Shown: positions 19,801 through 28,629 of the stretch, one piece after another
How the letters are laid out: each line of letters begins with the position of its first letter
How positions within the stretch are numbered: position 1 is the stretch's first letter
From: Bacteroidota bacterium
Lineage (GTDB): Bacteria; Bacteroidota; Bacteroidia; Palsa-948
DNA length: 64,000 bases
NCBI GenBank assembly: GCA_003164895.1
Contig: PLUL01000055.1
Coordinates: forward strand, 2,989-66,988
Direction: 5' to 3'
The notes under the pieces: model-generated
What the model was told of the DNA's origin: nothing
Databases searched by the model: none
What the model saw: the letters and a program-made list of their open reading frames with translations, nothing else
Program-made: the position numbers and the translations under genes

Positions 19801-22000
19801 CAAAAAAGGCGATAGTGCCTTTGTTTGAAATAGTAAAAATCTCGCTGGAACTGAGATCGCCGGCATAAGGAGAAAGGTGAATATTTCCGGCATCGCAGCC
19901 ACCAACATCAAAAAATGGATATCTTCCATTACTATTGGTGCATCGAGAAGGAAGCGGAATATTAAATTCAAAAATATTTCCTGCCGAATGACCAAAATAA
20001 GAAATAAGAGAAACTCCTGAGTTTATAAGACCTATAAGAGAATCAGCATACGAAGTTTGTGTGGGAGAAGAAGAGTTTTTACAGAACACATGGCCATATC
20101 CTCCAAAACTTGTGTCTTCAATTATCGCGGCAAAATTATTTTCGTCCAGGCAAAATTGCGAATATTGGCTCAGACCTGCACCACCTGCTATAAAAATAGC
20201 TTGCTTCATCCATTCATCTGGACTTGGCGGATTAGATAGCATCGGATGTTCGTAATCTTTTACTTTGGCGAGATACGTATTTACTTCTGCGGTACTCTTT
20301 GCCGAAAGCCGCCCGATGGGAACCGGTGATTCAAGCAGAGTTCCTCTAAGCCCCGACACCAGCATATTATCGCAAGTAGGAACGCTGATAGATGGAACAA
20401 ATGTGATGGCATAATTTTGTCCTGTAGGATCGGAAAATTTATTTCTGGTTTGATCGGGCTCTACGGATTTTCCGATGAGAAAAAGATTTTGCGGAGGTGA
20501 AGGAAAATTTTGAAAACAATAATCCACAAAATGGCGAATGGAGAACGGAAATTTTGGAATACCGTAACCGAATTCGTCATACAAATCGTTAATGTCAGCT
20601 ACAATAACATTGTGGCTTCCACCCAACGCACTTGCACGGTAATTTTTATACGCATTTACTCCATCATTCGGACCCGAACCCATCAGATTTTTATTTGTAA
20701 TAATAATAAAAGCAGAATCGGCAGCCATGGCAGCGTAGTTTACAAAAGAACCGGTGCCACCCACAGGTTTGATGGAAAGAACATGCAAAAACTGATTTTC
20801 GGATTTCACCACACAAAATTTTTCGCCGGTAGATGAGTTTGGCACATACGAAGTATAAACACCGCTATTGTTTTTGGTAATTGGCACCCGATTATGATCT
20901 GTCAAATCATAAAAGCAGGCGGAAGAAATTGTATCGTTGGTAAAATTATAAAGCGATTGTGGTTGTAAAGAATTTTGCGGAACATAAATTTCAAAATAAT
21001 TTTTGTTTTCCAAATTTGGAGTGTGCGGAAATTTCATGGTAACATACGGAACCGTATTCCAACTGGTGGAAAAACCTCCGGAAAGTGCAGTAATTACTAC
21101 ATCGGTTAAGGTTAAACTAAATGTATTTGCTGGTCGGTAAATTGTTGAATCATGCAAATGATAACCTGTAAAAGTATTATTATCAATAACCGTATAACCA
21201 CTGGCACTGCTGTGGTATTTCACTTCAATAATGTGATCATTATTAGGAAAAGTTTGGTCATTCGATTCGCCCATCACACCAAATGATATTGCAACATTTG
21301 CATTGGGTGTGGAATAAAGATTTGAAGTATTAAAAGTGGCGGTGAAGTTGTTGTTGCTACCATAACTAAATTCTGCACCAGCCCAACCTTCAGCGCCATC
21401 GAACCATGGAAAATTAATATTATTTGAAGTGAATAATCCATCGTAATAAGTTGAATGGTTATCAATAATATTTTGTTTCATGAAATAGGGAGTGATATTT
21501 GGCGAAGCCGGATCAATAGTATCGCCTGCTAAAAGAGTAATCCGTTTGTTATTGGTTAAATTATTCCAGGTTAAAAAATATGCCGAGGTATCGTTAAACA
21601 AACTGTAATACGGATTTGGCTGATGAACACGCGGTGTTTTGTATAAACTTCCATCGTACAAAACCGAATCAAGCGAACCGTCATTTCTTTGTCCGTAAAA
21701 TTCTATATAATCGTTTTTATTAAATATGTTATTGCCATTTTTATCTGCCACATAAACATATTGTTCCTGTCCGCGAAAAAAGATTTGAAAATAACGAGGG
21801 TCAATGGTTGAAAGATTGATGCCTGCGTTTGCAAGTGTGAGCGAATCAAGGCGATAAATTCCGTTTGAGTCAACCAGCATTTTGAAATACTTCTGGGTCC
21901 CGGAAAAATTAATCCACTCGTTCCAATATTTTTGCTGCTGTGCCGAGCAAAAAATGGAACAGAAGAAAATGAAAAAAAGAATAGTAAAAATTCTTTTCAT
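16820..22000 (-). CDS. porU: C25 (gingipain)-like peptidase with a T9SS C-terminal domain; putative PorU-like T9SS sortase, unusually long at 1726 aa.
   Basis: Catalytic-type His/Cys motifs ISYFGHSAGN and FFDVGGCDAGN, an N-terminal signal peptide, and a C-terminal region ...NYPNPFSTSTRFVFTL... resembling a Por secretion tail. Its start lies 6 bp after the stop of the PorV-like gene. Confidence 0.55.
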   Translation of the reverse strand: MKRIFTILFFIFFCSIFCSAQQQKYWNEWINFSGTQKYFKMLVDSNGIYRLDSLTLANAGINLSTIDPRYFQIFFRGQEQYVYVADKNGNNIFNKNDYIEFYGQRNDGSLDSVLYDGSLYKTPRVHQPNPYYSLFNDTSAYFLTWNNLTNNKRITLLAGDTIDPASPNITPYFMKQNIIDNHSTYYDGLFTSNNINFPWFDGAEGWAGAEFSYGSNNNFTATFNTSNLYSTPNANVAISFGVMGESNDQTFPNNDHIIEVKYHSSASGYTVIDNNTFTGYHLHDSTIYRPANTFSLTLTDVVITALSGGFSTSWNTVPYVTMKFPHTPNLENKNYFEIYVPQNSLQPQSLYNFTNDTISSACFYDLTDHNRVPITKNNSGVYTSYVPNSSTGEKFCVVKSENQFLHVLSIKPVGGTGSFVNYAAMAADSAFIIITNKNLMGSGPNDGVNAYKNYRASALGGSHNVIVADINDLYDEFGYGIPKFPFSIRHFVDYCFQNFPSPPQNLFLIGKSVEPDQTRNKFSDPTGQNYAITFVPSISVPTCDNMLVSGLRGTLLESPVPIGRLSAKSTAEVNTYLAKVKDYEHPMLSNPPSPDEWMKQAIFIAGGAGLSQYSQFCLDENNFAAIIEDTSFGGYGHVFCKNSSSPTQTSYADSLIGLINSGVSLISYFGHSAGNIFEFNIPLPSRCTNSNGRYPFFDVGGCDAGNIHLSPYAGDLSSSEIFTISNKGTIAFFADAGLGTVPEGEQLLTDLHHEIGNWLYGKSVGKQIQTAFKNVEGNANNPTGTNLMNATVLEMTLEGDPSVIIHSSKLPDYSVTSSSVYFTPSYVSTYQQSFMVNVIVTNLGKAINHPVKTVVKRFFPDGTTSSVSQTLSHIYYKDTLHIPMPVDPVHGPGLNNFSVYVDSGNVIPEIQYQNNSISQNDVSLMIYSGDIIPVYPYKYAIIPNNNVTLKANTANPFAAIATYSFQIDTTDKFNSPLLRTQTVKQSGSVVKWAPVHYPLRDSTVYYWRVRRDTSDYQHYRWRESSFEYIPNQRGWGQSHFFQFLKGDYFQYIDTNRLQRRFDFAKQNHNITVSTLNFTKKGRGNNLGFLISFSEDNIALNYWSYLCAINPTPTHVLVSVIDPITGNVWSNSGNGDYGSYFIGPLSPPIKSFFFKTGTPAEQEILRRFLQDTIPCGSKVILYTCDNNNLGDLLGGNSPNTNPGLVQAFQSIGGTQFPNIQNNLPYILIGRKCGHAIEKIAGSDTSMIVLSDTFGVRRSNGIIFSETVGPASKWNSFHWKYLSDAYDTMTVSIVGIRNNGTTDTLMRNITKNTWDIYGLNTTINADSFPNLQLLGYAKDRTKKTPPQLKKWQLYYVGVPEVSLNPVKHYSFHNPTLQQGDSVKLSIAVENIGDYTVDSLWFDSWILDANRHTFPSPPSPHISKQLVKFSKPLLVDSFAIATTTFVTTSLPQGVNSVWIEANGYNSNSHHQPEEYHFNNIGTVPFTLNVDKINPLLDVTFDGVHIMNGDIVSAKPDILITVKDENTFLALNDPSAFNIYLKRPNKSTYDTLQFNSTSQLTFQPAVLPKNSCKIIYLPALTVDGTYQLQVQAKDRSGNVSGSNTYQISFEVINKPSITNVLNYPNPFSTSTRFVFTLTGSAVPDYFKIQIMTITGKIVKEIDKFEMGPLHIGKNITDYAWDGKDMFGDRLAIGVYLYRVVTQLNGKSLDHFDSNADSFFTQGFGKMYLIR

Positions 22001-22006
22001 TTAAAA

Positions 22007-23128
22007 TTATTTTGTCTGCTTGTTGATATCCAATCTCAAGGAAAAAATATTTGAATATAGCGCAATGGAAGCACCGCCAATGTTCGTTCGAGAATAATCA
22101 ATGCTGATACGTTTAATTTTTAAACCGATTCCGAAATTTGGTTCCATCGTCCAAATTGGCTTTCCTGTAACATCGCTTTCCTGCTGTATGTTCATCACGC
22201 CCATTCGAATAAAGGCAAGTCCTTTGTAACCAAATTCAAACCCAACGTGAGGATCAGCACTAACCACACTACTTTTGAAAACAACATTTCGCATTCCGTC
22301 AAAAGTAAAATCTACATTCGCTTCCGTCAGCATGGTGAGGTCTTTCATCAAATTAATTTTTCTTGCCGCGCCAAGTATCAGAGTGGGCATAGTAATTTCA
22401 AGCGAGTTTGTCGGGATTGCATTTCCAGTTGCTGCAAAAACATCTTTCATATCTTGTGATAGACTGTAACTCCACGCGTTAAACGTGGTGCTAACATCTC
22501 GTGCCATCGCTCCGAACCTCCATCCTTTGTAATCGTATTGCGCTCCGGCATCCAATCCAAATCCCCAAGCACTGGCAAAATCTCCCACAACCCGATGAAT
22601 TACTTTTGCGTTTGCACCAAGTTTAAGTCCTTTAATTTTTGGTGCTCGAGCATAAGAAATGATGAAGCCATAATCTGCTGCCGAAAACTGAGTGATGTTA
22701 TCATAATTTACATTTCCGGATGCATCAATTAGCTGGGTTGTGTTTGGAATATTATCCACGCCAAATCGGATTACGCTCAGCGCGATTACGCTGCTGCTGT
22801 CTAATCTTCGGGCAATAGCACCGTAATCATACTTTGCAATTCCGGCAAAATATTCTGCATGCATTAAGCCGACTTGCATATCGTTTTTTATTCCAAGCAA
22901 ACCAGCCGGATTCCAGTAAGCTGCAGTTACATCATCCACCGAAGCAACGCAGGCATTCGACATTCCAAATGCCCGTCCGCCTACACCAATAGATAAAAAT
23001 GCATTGCTATAAATTGGTGCCTGCGCAAAGGAGTTGGCAGTCGGCAAAAAGCAGTTGGCAAAAAAAATTACAATAGAAACTGCAAACTGTAAACTGCAAA
23101 TTGCAAACTTGCTGTTGGTTTTTTTCAT
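22007..23128 (-). CDS. porV: PorV/PorQ-family (FadL-like) T9SS outer-membrane protein.
   Basis: Signal peptide followed by a FadL-type hatch motif GGRAFGMSNACVASVDDVTAAYWNPAGL (compare E. coli FadL [23 protein letters not shown]). 373 aa, and adjacent to the C25-like PorU candidate. Confidence 0.62.
   Translation of the reverse strand: MKKTNSKFAICSLQFAVSIVIFFANCFLPTANSFAQAPIYSNAFLSIGVGGRAFGMSNACVASVDDVTAAYWNPAGLLGIKNDMQVGLMHAEYFAGIAKYDYGAIARRLDSSSVIALSVIRFGVDNIPNTTQLIDASGNVNYDNITQFSAADYGFIISYARAPKIKGLKLGANAKVIHRVVGDFASAWGFGLDAGAQYDYKGWRFGAMARDVSTTFNAWSYSLSQDMKDVFAATGNAIPTNSLEITMPTLILGAARKINLMKDLTMLTEANVDFTFDGMRNVVFKSSVVSADPHVGFEFGYKGLAFIRMGVMNIQQESDVTGKPIWTMEPNFGIGLKIKRISIDYSRTNIGGASIALYSNIFSLRLDINKQTK
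23031..23112. repeat. Two heptanucleotide tandem arrays, (TGCCAAC/TGCCGAC)-like and (AAACTGC)n, in the signal-peptide coding region of the porV-like gene.
   Basis: Direct reading of 23078-23112: AAACTGC-AAACTGT-AAACTGC-AAATTGC-AAACTTG. In 23031-23066 the coding (minus) strand reads TTTGCCAACTGCTTTTTGCCGACTGCCAACTCC, encoding FANCFLPTANS. Confidence 0.8.
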
Positions 23129-23228
23129 GCTGAAGTAAAGATAAAATTTATTTCGAGAAATACTTACTCATTGTAACCTATTTTCGACCAATTTATTGTG
23201 AATCCATTCGTTTTTTTTTATCTATCCG

Positions 23229-24878
23229 CTATAGGTTTACTTCTTTCCATTTGTCTCCAGCAACATAAAGAATAGTTGCACCAACTGGAATTTTGTCCTT
23301 AAATGTTAAAACATAAGAAGATAATTCATGATTAAAAACCACAGAATAACTTTCTGTTTCGTATGACTTTGCCCATATTCCATCTCTAAGAAATGTTTTC
23401 TGAATATTTGGAGATGAAACAATAAAGGAATTTGAACTGGAGTGCGTGACAGATAAGGAATCTGTTGCGCCTGCCATATAATACTCTGCAATAATCTTTG
23501 GAGTAGTAATTTTTTTATGATACTTGAAATATATAGTTTCCTCAAAACCGTTTCTGAAAGTAACAACCCAATTAAAATTATCGGGCATGTTCAAAATATA
23601 AACATTTGGCTTTGACAAGCAGGGCTCAAAATTACTGACTAATTGTTTTGAATAATTGCTTGCATCAACCCAGGTTTGGATAGTGCTCGAAAGCAATACA
23701 AAAGAAAGTGCCGTTACTCCAATCATACAAATGAATCCCAATTTTTTTAGAAAATAATAAAGCAAAAAACATAATAAAGGATAAAAAAACACAGAAGGAA
23801 AATATCCATATCTGTCAGAATGAATTGCGTTAATAAATGTGGCGTCTAAATTTATGACTGGTATTAAAGAAGCAAGAAAGGAAAAAAAAGTAAAAAATAT
23901 CAGGTTGCGGAAAGGATTTTTTTTTCTCAACACAATAAAAATAATCGCTCCAACAGCAAGTGCAAATAGAGTAAAAAGTATACAAAAAAAATACAAATCA
24001 TTAATATGAAGGTGCCAGTAATTATAAATAAAATCTTTTGTTTCCAAAGGGAAAAAGCGATAGAAGCAAAAAAACTTTGCGCAATATTTTATAAGAGCAA
24101 CTGCGACAAGCGTAAAGGAAATTTTTAGATGTATTGCAGACCCATAATGACCCACCCATTGTCCGGAATAAAATTTATTAGCCAAGAAATAAAGAAAAAT
24201 AATAATAAGCTGCGGTAGTATGGCTAAAGAACAAAATTTGAAAAACGAAATTAATTTTCCGAAGAACTGAATAAAAAATATATATAGTAAAAAACAGATG
24301 ACAGGCATCACAATAGTAGATTCAAATGATAATAGAGAAGCTACAAAAGCAATATGTAAGAAAATTAAATATTGTTTTCGAGTGGTTTTTAAATAATAAA
24401 TAAGAGATAATATGCCTATTAAGCCAAAACAAACTGCATATAGGTAACCAAAAGACCAAAGCACCGCTTCTGTTTGGTAGGGTGAAAACAAAAAAAGCAA
24501 GCAAGAAAAAAGTGATAATAATTTATTTTTTTCAAAAACAATGGGTTGACTTAATTCTATAATTATTTTATAAATAAGAAATGCATTAAACCCATGTACG
24601 AGCACGGACAACCCCACCCATCCTATGCTACTCGCTCCAAAAATTTTGAACAGAAACAGGAATATGAGATGAGTAAAAAAATGCTGAACACCAGATTCAA
24701 AAAAATTATACTGCCAAGCGTTGAATCCATATTTTTCAAAACGATATAGTGTGGGATAAAAATCCGTAGGAACCAAAATATCGAACGTATTTCTATAAGC
24801 AATGAAAGAACATGCTATCAGCAGGAAAAAAACAACAATGTTATTTTTATTTTCTCGAATGGTTTTTGAAATGTTCAT
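23229..24878 (-). CDS. Polytopic integral membrane protein with a C-terminal extracytoplasmic domain; possible PMT/ArnT/YfhO-like membrane glycosyltransferase.
   Basis: About 12 predicted TM helices in the first ~400 aa, then a soluble ~140-aa C-terminus. I recognise no definitive catalytic motif. Confidence 0.45.
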   Translation of the reverse strand: MNISKTIRENKNNIVVFFLLIACSFIAYRNTFDILVPTDFYPTLYRFEKYGFNAWQYNFFESGVQHFFTHLIFLFLFKIFGASSIGWVGLSVLVHGFNAFLIYKIIIELSQPIVFEKNKLLSLFSCLLFLFSPYQTEAVLWSFGYLYAVCFGLIGILSLIYYLKTTRKQYLIFLHIAFVASLLSFESTIVMPVICFLLYIFFIQFFGKLISFFKFCSLAILPQLIIIFLYFLANKFYSGQWVGHYGSAIHLKISFTLVAVALIKYCAKFFCFYRFFPLETKDFIYNYWHLHINDLYFFCILFTLFALAVGAIIFIVLRKKNPFRNLIFFTFFSFLASLIPVINLDATFINAIHSDRYGYFPSVFFYPLLCFLLYYFLKKLGFICMIGVTALSFVLLSSTIQTWVDASNYSKQLVSNFEPCLSKPNVYILNMPDNFNWVVTFRNGFEETIYFKYHKKITTPKIIAEYYMAGATDSLSVTHSSSNSFIVSSPNIQKTFLRDGIWAKSYETESYSVVFNHELSSYVLTFKDKIPVGATILYVAGDKWKEVNL

Positions 24879-24913
24879 TACTTTCGCAGAGTTCTTTGCA
24901 AAAATAACTAAAG

Positions 24914-25705
24914 ATGAAAGTAAAGGATGGTTATTTTTGTCGGCAACCTATAAACGTGAATTTTAAGAAAAACATTCCCAATTTTTTTACGCTTTGCAAT
25001 TTGCTTTGCGGATGCATTACGTTAGTTTTTGCCTTTGAAGGAAATTTAGTTTGGAGCGCATACATGGTTGGAATTTCATGTGTGTTTGATTTCATTGACG
25101 GTTTTGCTGCGCGTATGCTGAAGGTTCATTCCGAAATCGGTAAGCAATTGGATTCACTGGCGGATATGGTGAGTTTTGGAGTGGTGCCGGGGGTGATGAT
25201 GTATTATTTTTTAAGAGCTTCAATGGTAATGAGTATGGGAAACCCTTCGGATGCAAATACTTTTTCAAGTAATGCAATACTTGTTTTCCCATATTTTGGA
25301 TTTTTGATAACAATTTTTTCTGCAATTCGCCTTGCAAAATTTAATATTGACACTCGTCAATCCGATTCTTTTATTGGAGTTCCTACTCCAGCAAATACAA
25401 TTTTTATTGCATTTCTTCCTATTGCGTTGGATAAAGTAAAAGGGGACCTTTTGCATTTTGTGTTAAACCCATTTTTCTTAGTTGGTATAGTTGTTATTTC
25501 TTCTTTCCTGCTCGTAGCTCCGCTTCCACTCTTCGCACTCAAGTTCAAAAACTTTTCTTGGGTAGCGAATAAAATACGCTTCATTTTTCTTGCACTCTCG
25601 TTATTGTTGTTGATCGTATTTCAGTTTGTAGGTATTCCTTTAATTATAATTTTGTACATAGTTCTCTCGATAATAAATAATCTTGTAATAAAAAAATCGG
25701 TGTAA
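24914..25705 (+). CDS. pssA: CDP-alcohol phosphatidyltransferase, likely CDP-diacylglycerol--serine O-phosphatidyltransferase.
   Basis: Family motif DGxxARx8Gx3Dx3D: DFIDGFAARMLKVHSEIGKQLDSLADMVSFG. N-terminal NIPNFFTLCNLLCG TM segment; 263 aa. Confidence 0.72.
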   Translation: MKVKDGYFCRQPINVNFKKNIPNFFTLCNLLCGCITLVFAFEGNLVWSAYMVGISCVFDFIDGFAARMLKVHSEIGKQLDSLADMVSFGVVPGVMMYYFLRASMVMSMGNPSDANTFSSNAILVFPYFGFLITIFSAIRLAKFNIDTRQSDSFIGVPTPANTIFIAFLPIALDKVKGDLLHFVLNPFFLVGIVVISSFLLVAPLPLFALKFKNFSWVANKIRFIFLALSLLLLIVFQFVGIPLIIILYIVLSIINNLVIKKSV

Positions 25706-25727
25706 TCTTTTTCTAATCTGTGTAATC
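25695..25727 (+). promoter_or_regulatory. Two direct copies of the 13-nt motif AATC[G/T]GTGTAATC, immediately upstream of purS.
   Basis: AATCGGTGTAATC at 25695-25707 and AATCTGTGTAATC at 25715-25727. The purS ATG is at 25732. The same motif family recurs in the rplM-rpsI spacer. Confidence 0.5.
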
Positions 25728-25731
25728 ACCT

Positions 25732-25986
25732 ATGAAGTTTAAAGCAGAAATTAATGTAATGCCTCTCAAGGCGCTCCTCGATCCGCAGGGAAAAGCTGTA
25801 ACCGGAAGCATGAAAAATATTGGGTTGCCCGAAATAACAAACGTGCGTATCGGCAAACACATTTCAATTGAAATTGAAGCTGCCAGCAAAGAAGCAGCTC
25901 AGAAAAAAGCGGAAGAATCCTGCAAAAAACTTCTTGCCAATCCTATCATGGAATTCTTCGAGATTTCAATAGAGGAAAGTAAATAA
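25732..25986 (+). CDS. purS: Phosphoribosylformylglycinamidine synthase subunit PurS.
   Basis: 84 aa starting MKFKAEINVMPLKALLDPQGKAVTGSMKNIG, which is the canonical PurS. Confidence 0.85.
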   Translation: MKFKAEINVMPLKALLDPQGKAVTGSMKNIGLPEITNVRIGKHISIEIEAASKEAAQKKAEESCKKLLANPIMEFFEISIEESK

Positions 25987-25994
25987 TTGTTGAG

Positions 25995-27791
25995 TTAGTC
26001 AAGCTTCAGTACCGCCACAAACGCGCTCTGAGGAATTTCAACATTGCCGATCTGTTTCATTTTCTTTTTTCCTTCTTTTTGTTTTTCCAGAAGTTTGCGC
26101 TTACGTGAAATATCTCCGCCATAACATTTTGCGGTAACATCTTTTCTCATAGCAGAAATAGTTTCGCGTGCAACAATTTTTGCACCGATGGCAGCTTGTA
26201 TCGCAATTTGGAATTGTTGTTTAGGAATCAATTCTTTTAATTTTTCGCAAATCTTTCTGCCGAATTCGTGTGCCCGCGCTCGATGGATGAGTGAAGAAAG
26301 TGCGTCCACCTGATCACCGTTCACCAGAATATCCAACTTCACCAAATCCGATTCGCGGAAATCAAAAGCATGATAATCGAATGAAGCATATCCTTTAGAA
26401 ATACTTTTCAGTTTGTCGTAAAAATCAAAAATCACTTCGCCCAGCGGAAGTTCAAAAGTAAGTTCCACGCGGTCGGTTGTGAGGTAAACCTGGTTTTTAA
26501 AAATGCCGCGTTTGTCCATACAAAGATTCATAATGCTGCCTACAAATTCCGCTTTTGTAATAATGTTTGCAAGGATGATTGGCTCTTCCACTTTTTGCAT
26601 TCTCGTTGGATCAGGCATTTCGGAAGGATTGTTCATCACTTTCATCTCGCCTTTTGTATCGTACACTCGGTAGCTTACGTTCGGCACCGTGGTAATTACG
26701 TTCATGTTGAACTCACGATCCAATCGTTCCTGAATAATTTCCATGTGAAGCAATCCCAAAAATCCGCAGCGGAAACCAAATCCGAGTGCGGCAGAAGATT
26801 CAGGTTCCCATGTCAACGAAGCGTCGTTGAGTTGTAATTTTTCCATTGCTTCGCGGAGCTCGGCAAAATCATCGGTGCTCACAGGATAAATTCCTGCGAA
26901 TACCATCGGCTTCACATCTTCAAAACCCTGAATGCGTTCTGCTGGATTTGAAACGAGTGTGATCGTATCCCCAACTTTTACTTCGCTTGCTTTTTTAATT
27001 CCGGAAATAATATATCCTACGTTTCCTGTTTCAACAATATCTTTTGGAGATTGTTTCATTTTCAGAATTCCAATTTCATCGGCATTATATTCATGTCCAG
27101 TTGACAGAAATTTTATTTTGTCTCCTTTTTTTAATTCTCCGTTGAAGATGCGGAAGTACGCCACAATTCCTCTGAAGGAATTGAACATGGAATCGAAAAT
27201 AAGTGCTTGCAATGGTTGCGTAGAATCTCCTTTTGGTGCAGGAATTTTTTCAATGATTGCATTCAGAACTTCGTCCATTCCCATTCCGGTTTTTCCGCTG
27301 GCTCTTAAAATATCTTCGCGCTTGCAACCGATGATATCCACCATCTGATCAGAAACATCGTCCGGTTTTGCCGATTCCATATCGCATTTGTTCAACACAG
27401 GAATAATTTCCAAATTGTTGTTCAACGCGAGATAAAGATTTGAAATTGTTTGCGCCTGAATTCCCTGCGATGCATCCACCAACAGCAAAGCACCTTCGCA
27501 GGCAGCAATCGCACGCGAAACTTCGTAAGAAAAATCCACATGACCGGGAGTGTCGATCAGGTTGAGATAATATTTTTCTCCTTTATGAATATATTCCATC
27601 TGGATCGCATGGCTCTTGATGGTGATGCCGCGTTCGCGCTCAATATCCATGTCGTCCAGAACCTGCGCCATCATGTCGCGTTTGAGTACGGTTTGAGTGA
27701 TCTCAAGCAAACGGTCAGCCAGCGTACTCTTACCGTGATCGATGTGTGCGATGATGCAGAAGTTTCGAATATTTTTTAACGGGATTGACAT
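25995..27791 (-). CDS. lepA: Elongation factor 4 (translational GTPase LepA).
   Basis: [22 protein letters not shown]1 motif, 598 aa, LepA-specific C-terminal domain. Confidence 0.95.
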   Translation of the reverse strand: MSIPLKNIRNFCIIAHIDHGKSTLADRLLEITQTVLKRDMMAQVLDDMDIERERGITIKSHAIQMEYIHKGEKYYLNLIDTPGHVDFSYEVSRAIAACEGALLLVDASQGIQAQTISNLYLALNNNLEIIPVLNKCDMESAKPDDVSDQMVDIIGCKREDILRASGKTGMGMDEVLNAIIEKIPAPKGDSTQPLQALIFDSMFNSFRGIVAYFRIFNGELKKGDKIKFLSTGHEYNADEIGILKMKQSPKDIVETGNVGYIISGIKKASEVKVGDTITLVSNPAERIQGFEDVKPMVFAGIYPVSTDDFAELREAMEKLQLNDASLTWEPESSAALGFGFRCGFLGLLHMEIIQERLDREFNMNVITTVPNVSYRVYDTKGEMKVMNNPSEMPDPTRMQKVEEPIILANIITKAEFVGSIMNLCMDKRGIFKNQVYLTTDRVELTFELPLGEVIFDFYDKLKSISKGYASFDYHAFDFRESDLVKLDILVNGDQVDALSSLIHRARAHEFGRKICEKLKELIPKQQFQIAIQAAIGAKIVARETISAMRKDVTAKCYGGDISRKRKLLEKQKEGKKKMKQIGNVEIPQSAFVAVLKLD

Positions 27792-27882
27792 AAGAGTTGC
27801 GAAGGTAACTAAAAAGAAGAATAGAGGAAATACGATTATAAAATTTTACAGAACAAATAAAAATATTCATCTTTGTATTGCA

Positions 27883-28629
27883 ATGAAAGCACTTTTTTTT
27901 GGCGGATGTCTTCTTACAACAAAAACAGTTGCAAAAGATAAAAGATTCATCAATGTATTACTTTCAAGAAATGCTGAGTTGAAAATTGATTTAGCTCGTT
28001 ATGCTTCTTTTTCATTGGTCGAAGAAATATTTTTATCTCATCTTTCAATTGAATTTCCTGATAGTGTAGTGTTTTTGATTCGACCATTTCCTTTTTGTAT
28101 TCTCACCAAGTTACTTCCAAGAATTCCAAAGATAGGTGGTGGTGTAGAGGTGAAAGTTCATCCGGGATTATTTTCCAAAGAAAAAACAGAATGGTTTTTA
28201 GAAAATGACAAACTGATTGTGGAGATGGACTGGAATCCTAATGGAACAAAAAGGTCTCTTACACATTCAATGAATTTATTTCTCGGTAGGATTTTTGGCT
28301 TGGACAAATGGGCAATAAATTATGTGAAACAGAAACTTTTATTGTTGCATCAATTGTGCATTCAGAAAAACATTCGTTTTATTGTTATGGGACCACCGGC
28401 TGTGTCCAATGACAAACAAGAAAGAAAACTATTAATAAATCTGAATCGCGAGTTGATGTCGTGTTTTGAGAAAGAAAAAATTAATTATGTGAATTTGTTT
28501 TCGGCAGATTTTCCTGAAAGCCTGTTAGGACCTGATAAAGTCCATTATAGTGATAATGGACATTTCCAGCTGGCAAAAAAAATAGAAGAAAAAATAATTA
28601 CACCTCCCTTTGCAGAAGTGCAGAAGTGA
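27883..28629 (+). CDS. Hypothetical protein with a possible SGNH/GDSL-hydrolase-like C-terminal motif.
   Basis: I chose the ATG at 27883 (MKALFFGG...) because the longer frame overlaps lepA. The C-terminal DKVHYSDNGHFQLAKKI resembles the SGNH block V (DxxH). Its 3' end overlaps the convergent polyprenyl synthase by 32 bp. Confidence 0.35.
   Translation: MKALFFGGCLLTTKTVAKDKRFINVLLSRNAELKIDLARYASFSLVEEIFLSHLSIEFPDSVVFLIRPFPFCILTKLLPRIPKIGGGVEVKVHPGLFSKEKTEWFLENDKLIVEMDWNPNGTKRSLTHSMNLFLGRIFGLDKWAINYVKQKLLLLHQLCIQKNIRFIVMGPPAVSNDKQERKLLINLNRELMSCFEKEKINYVNLFSADFPESLLGPDKVHYSDNGHFQLAKKIEEKIITPPFAEVQK

Noticed and set aside
28598-28629. A 32-bp convergent overlap between the SGNH-like hypothetical gene and the polyprenyl synthase gene.
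   Set aside because: It is probably a real short 3'-3' overlap or a slightly mis-set stop. I treat it as not biologically notable by itself.
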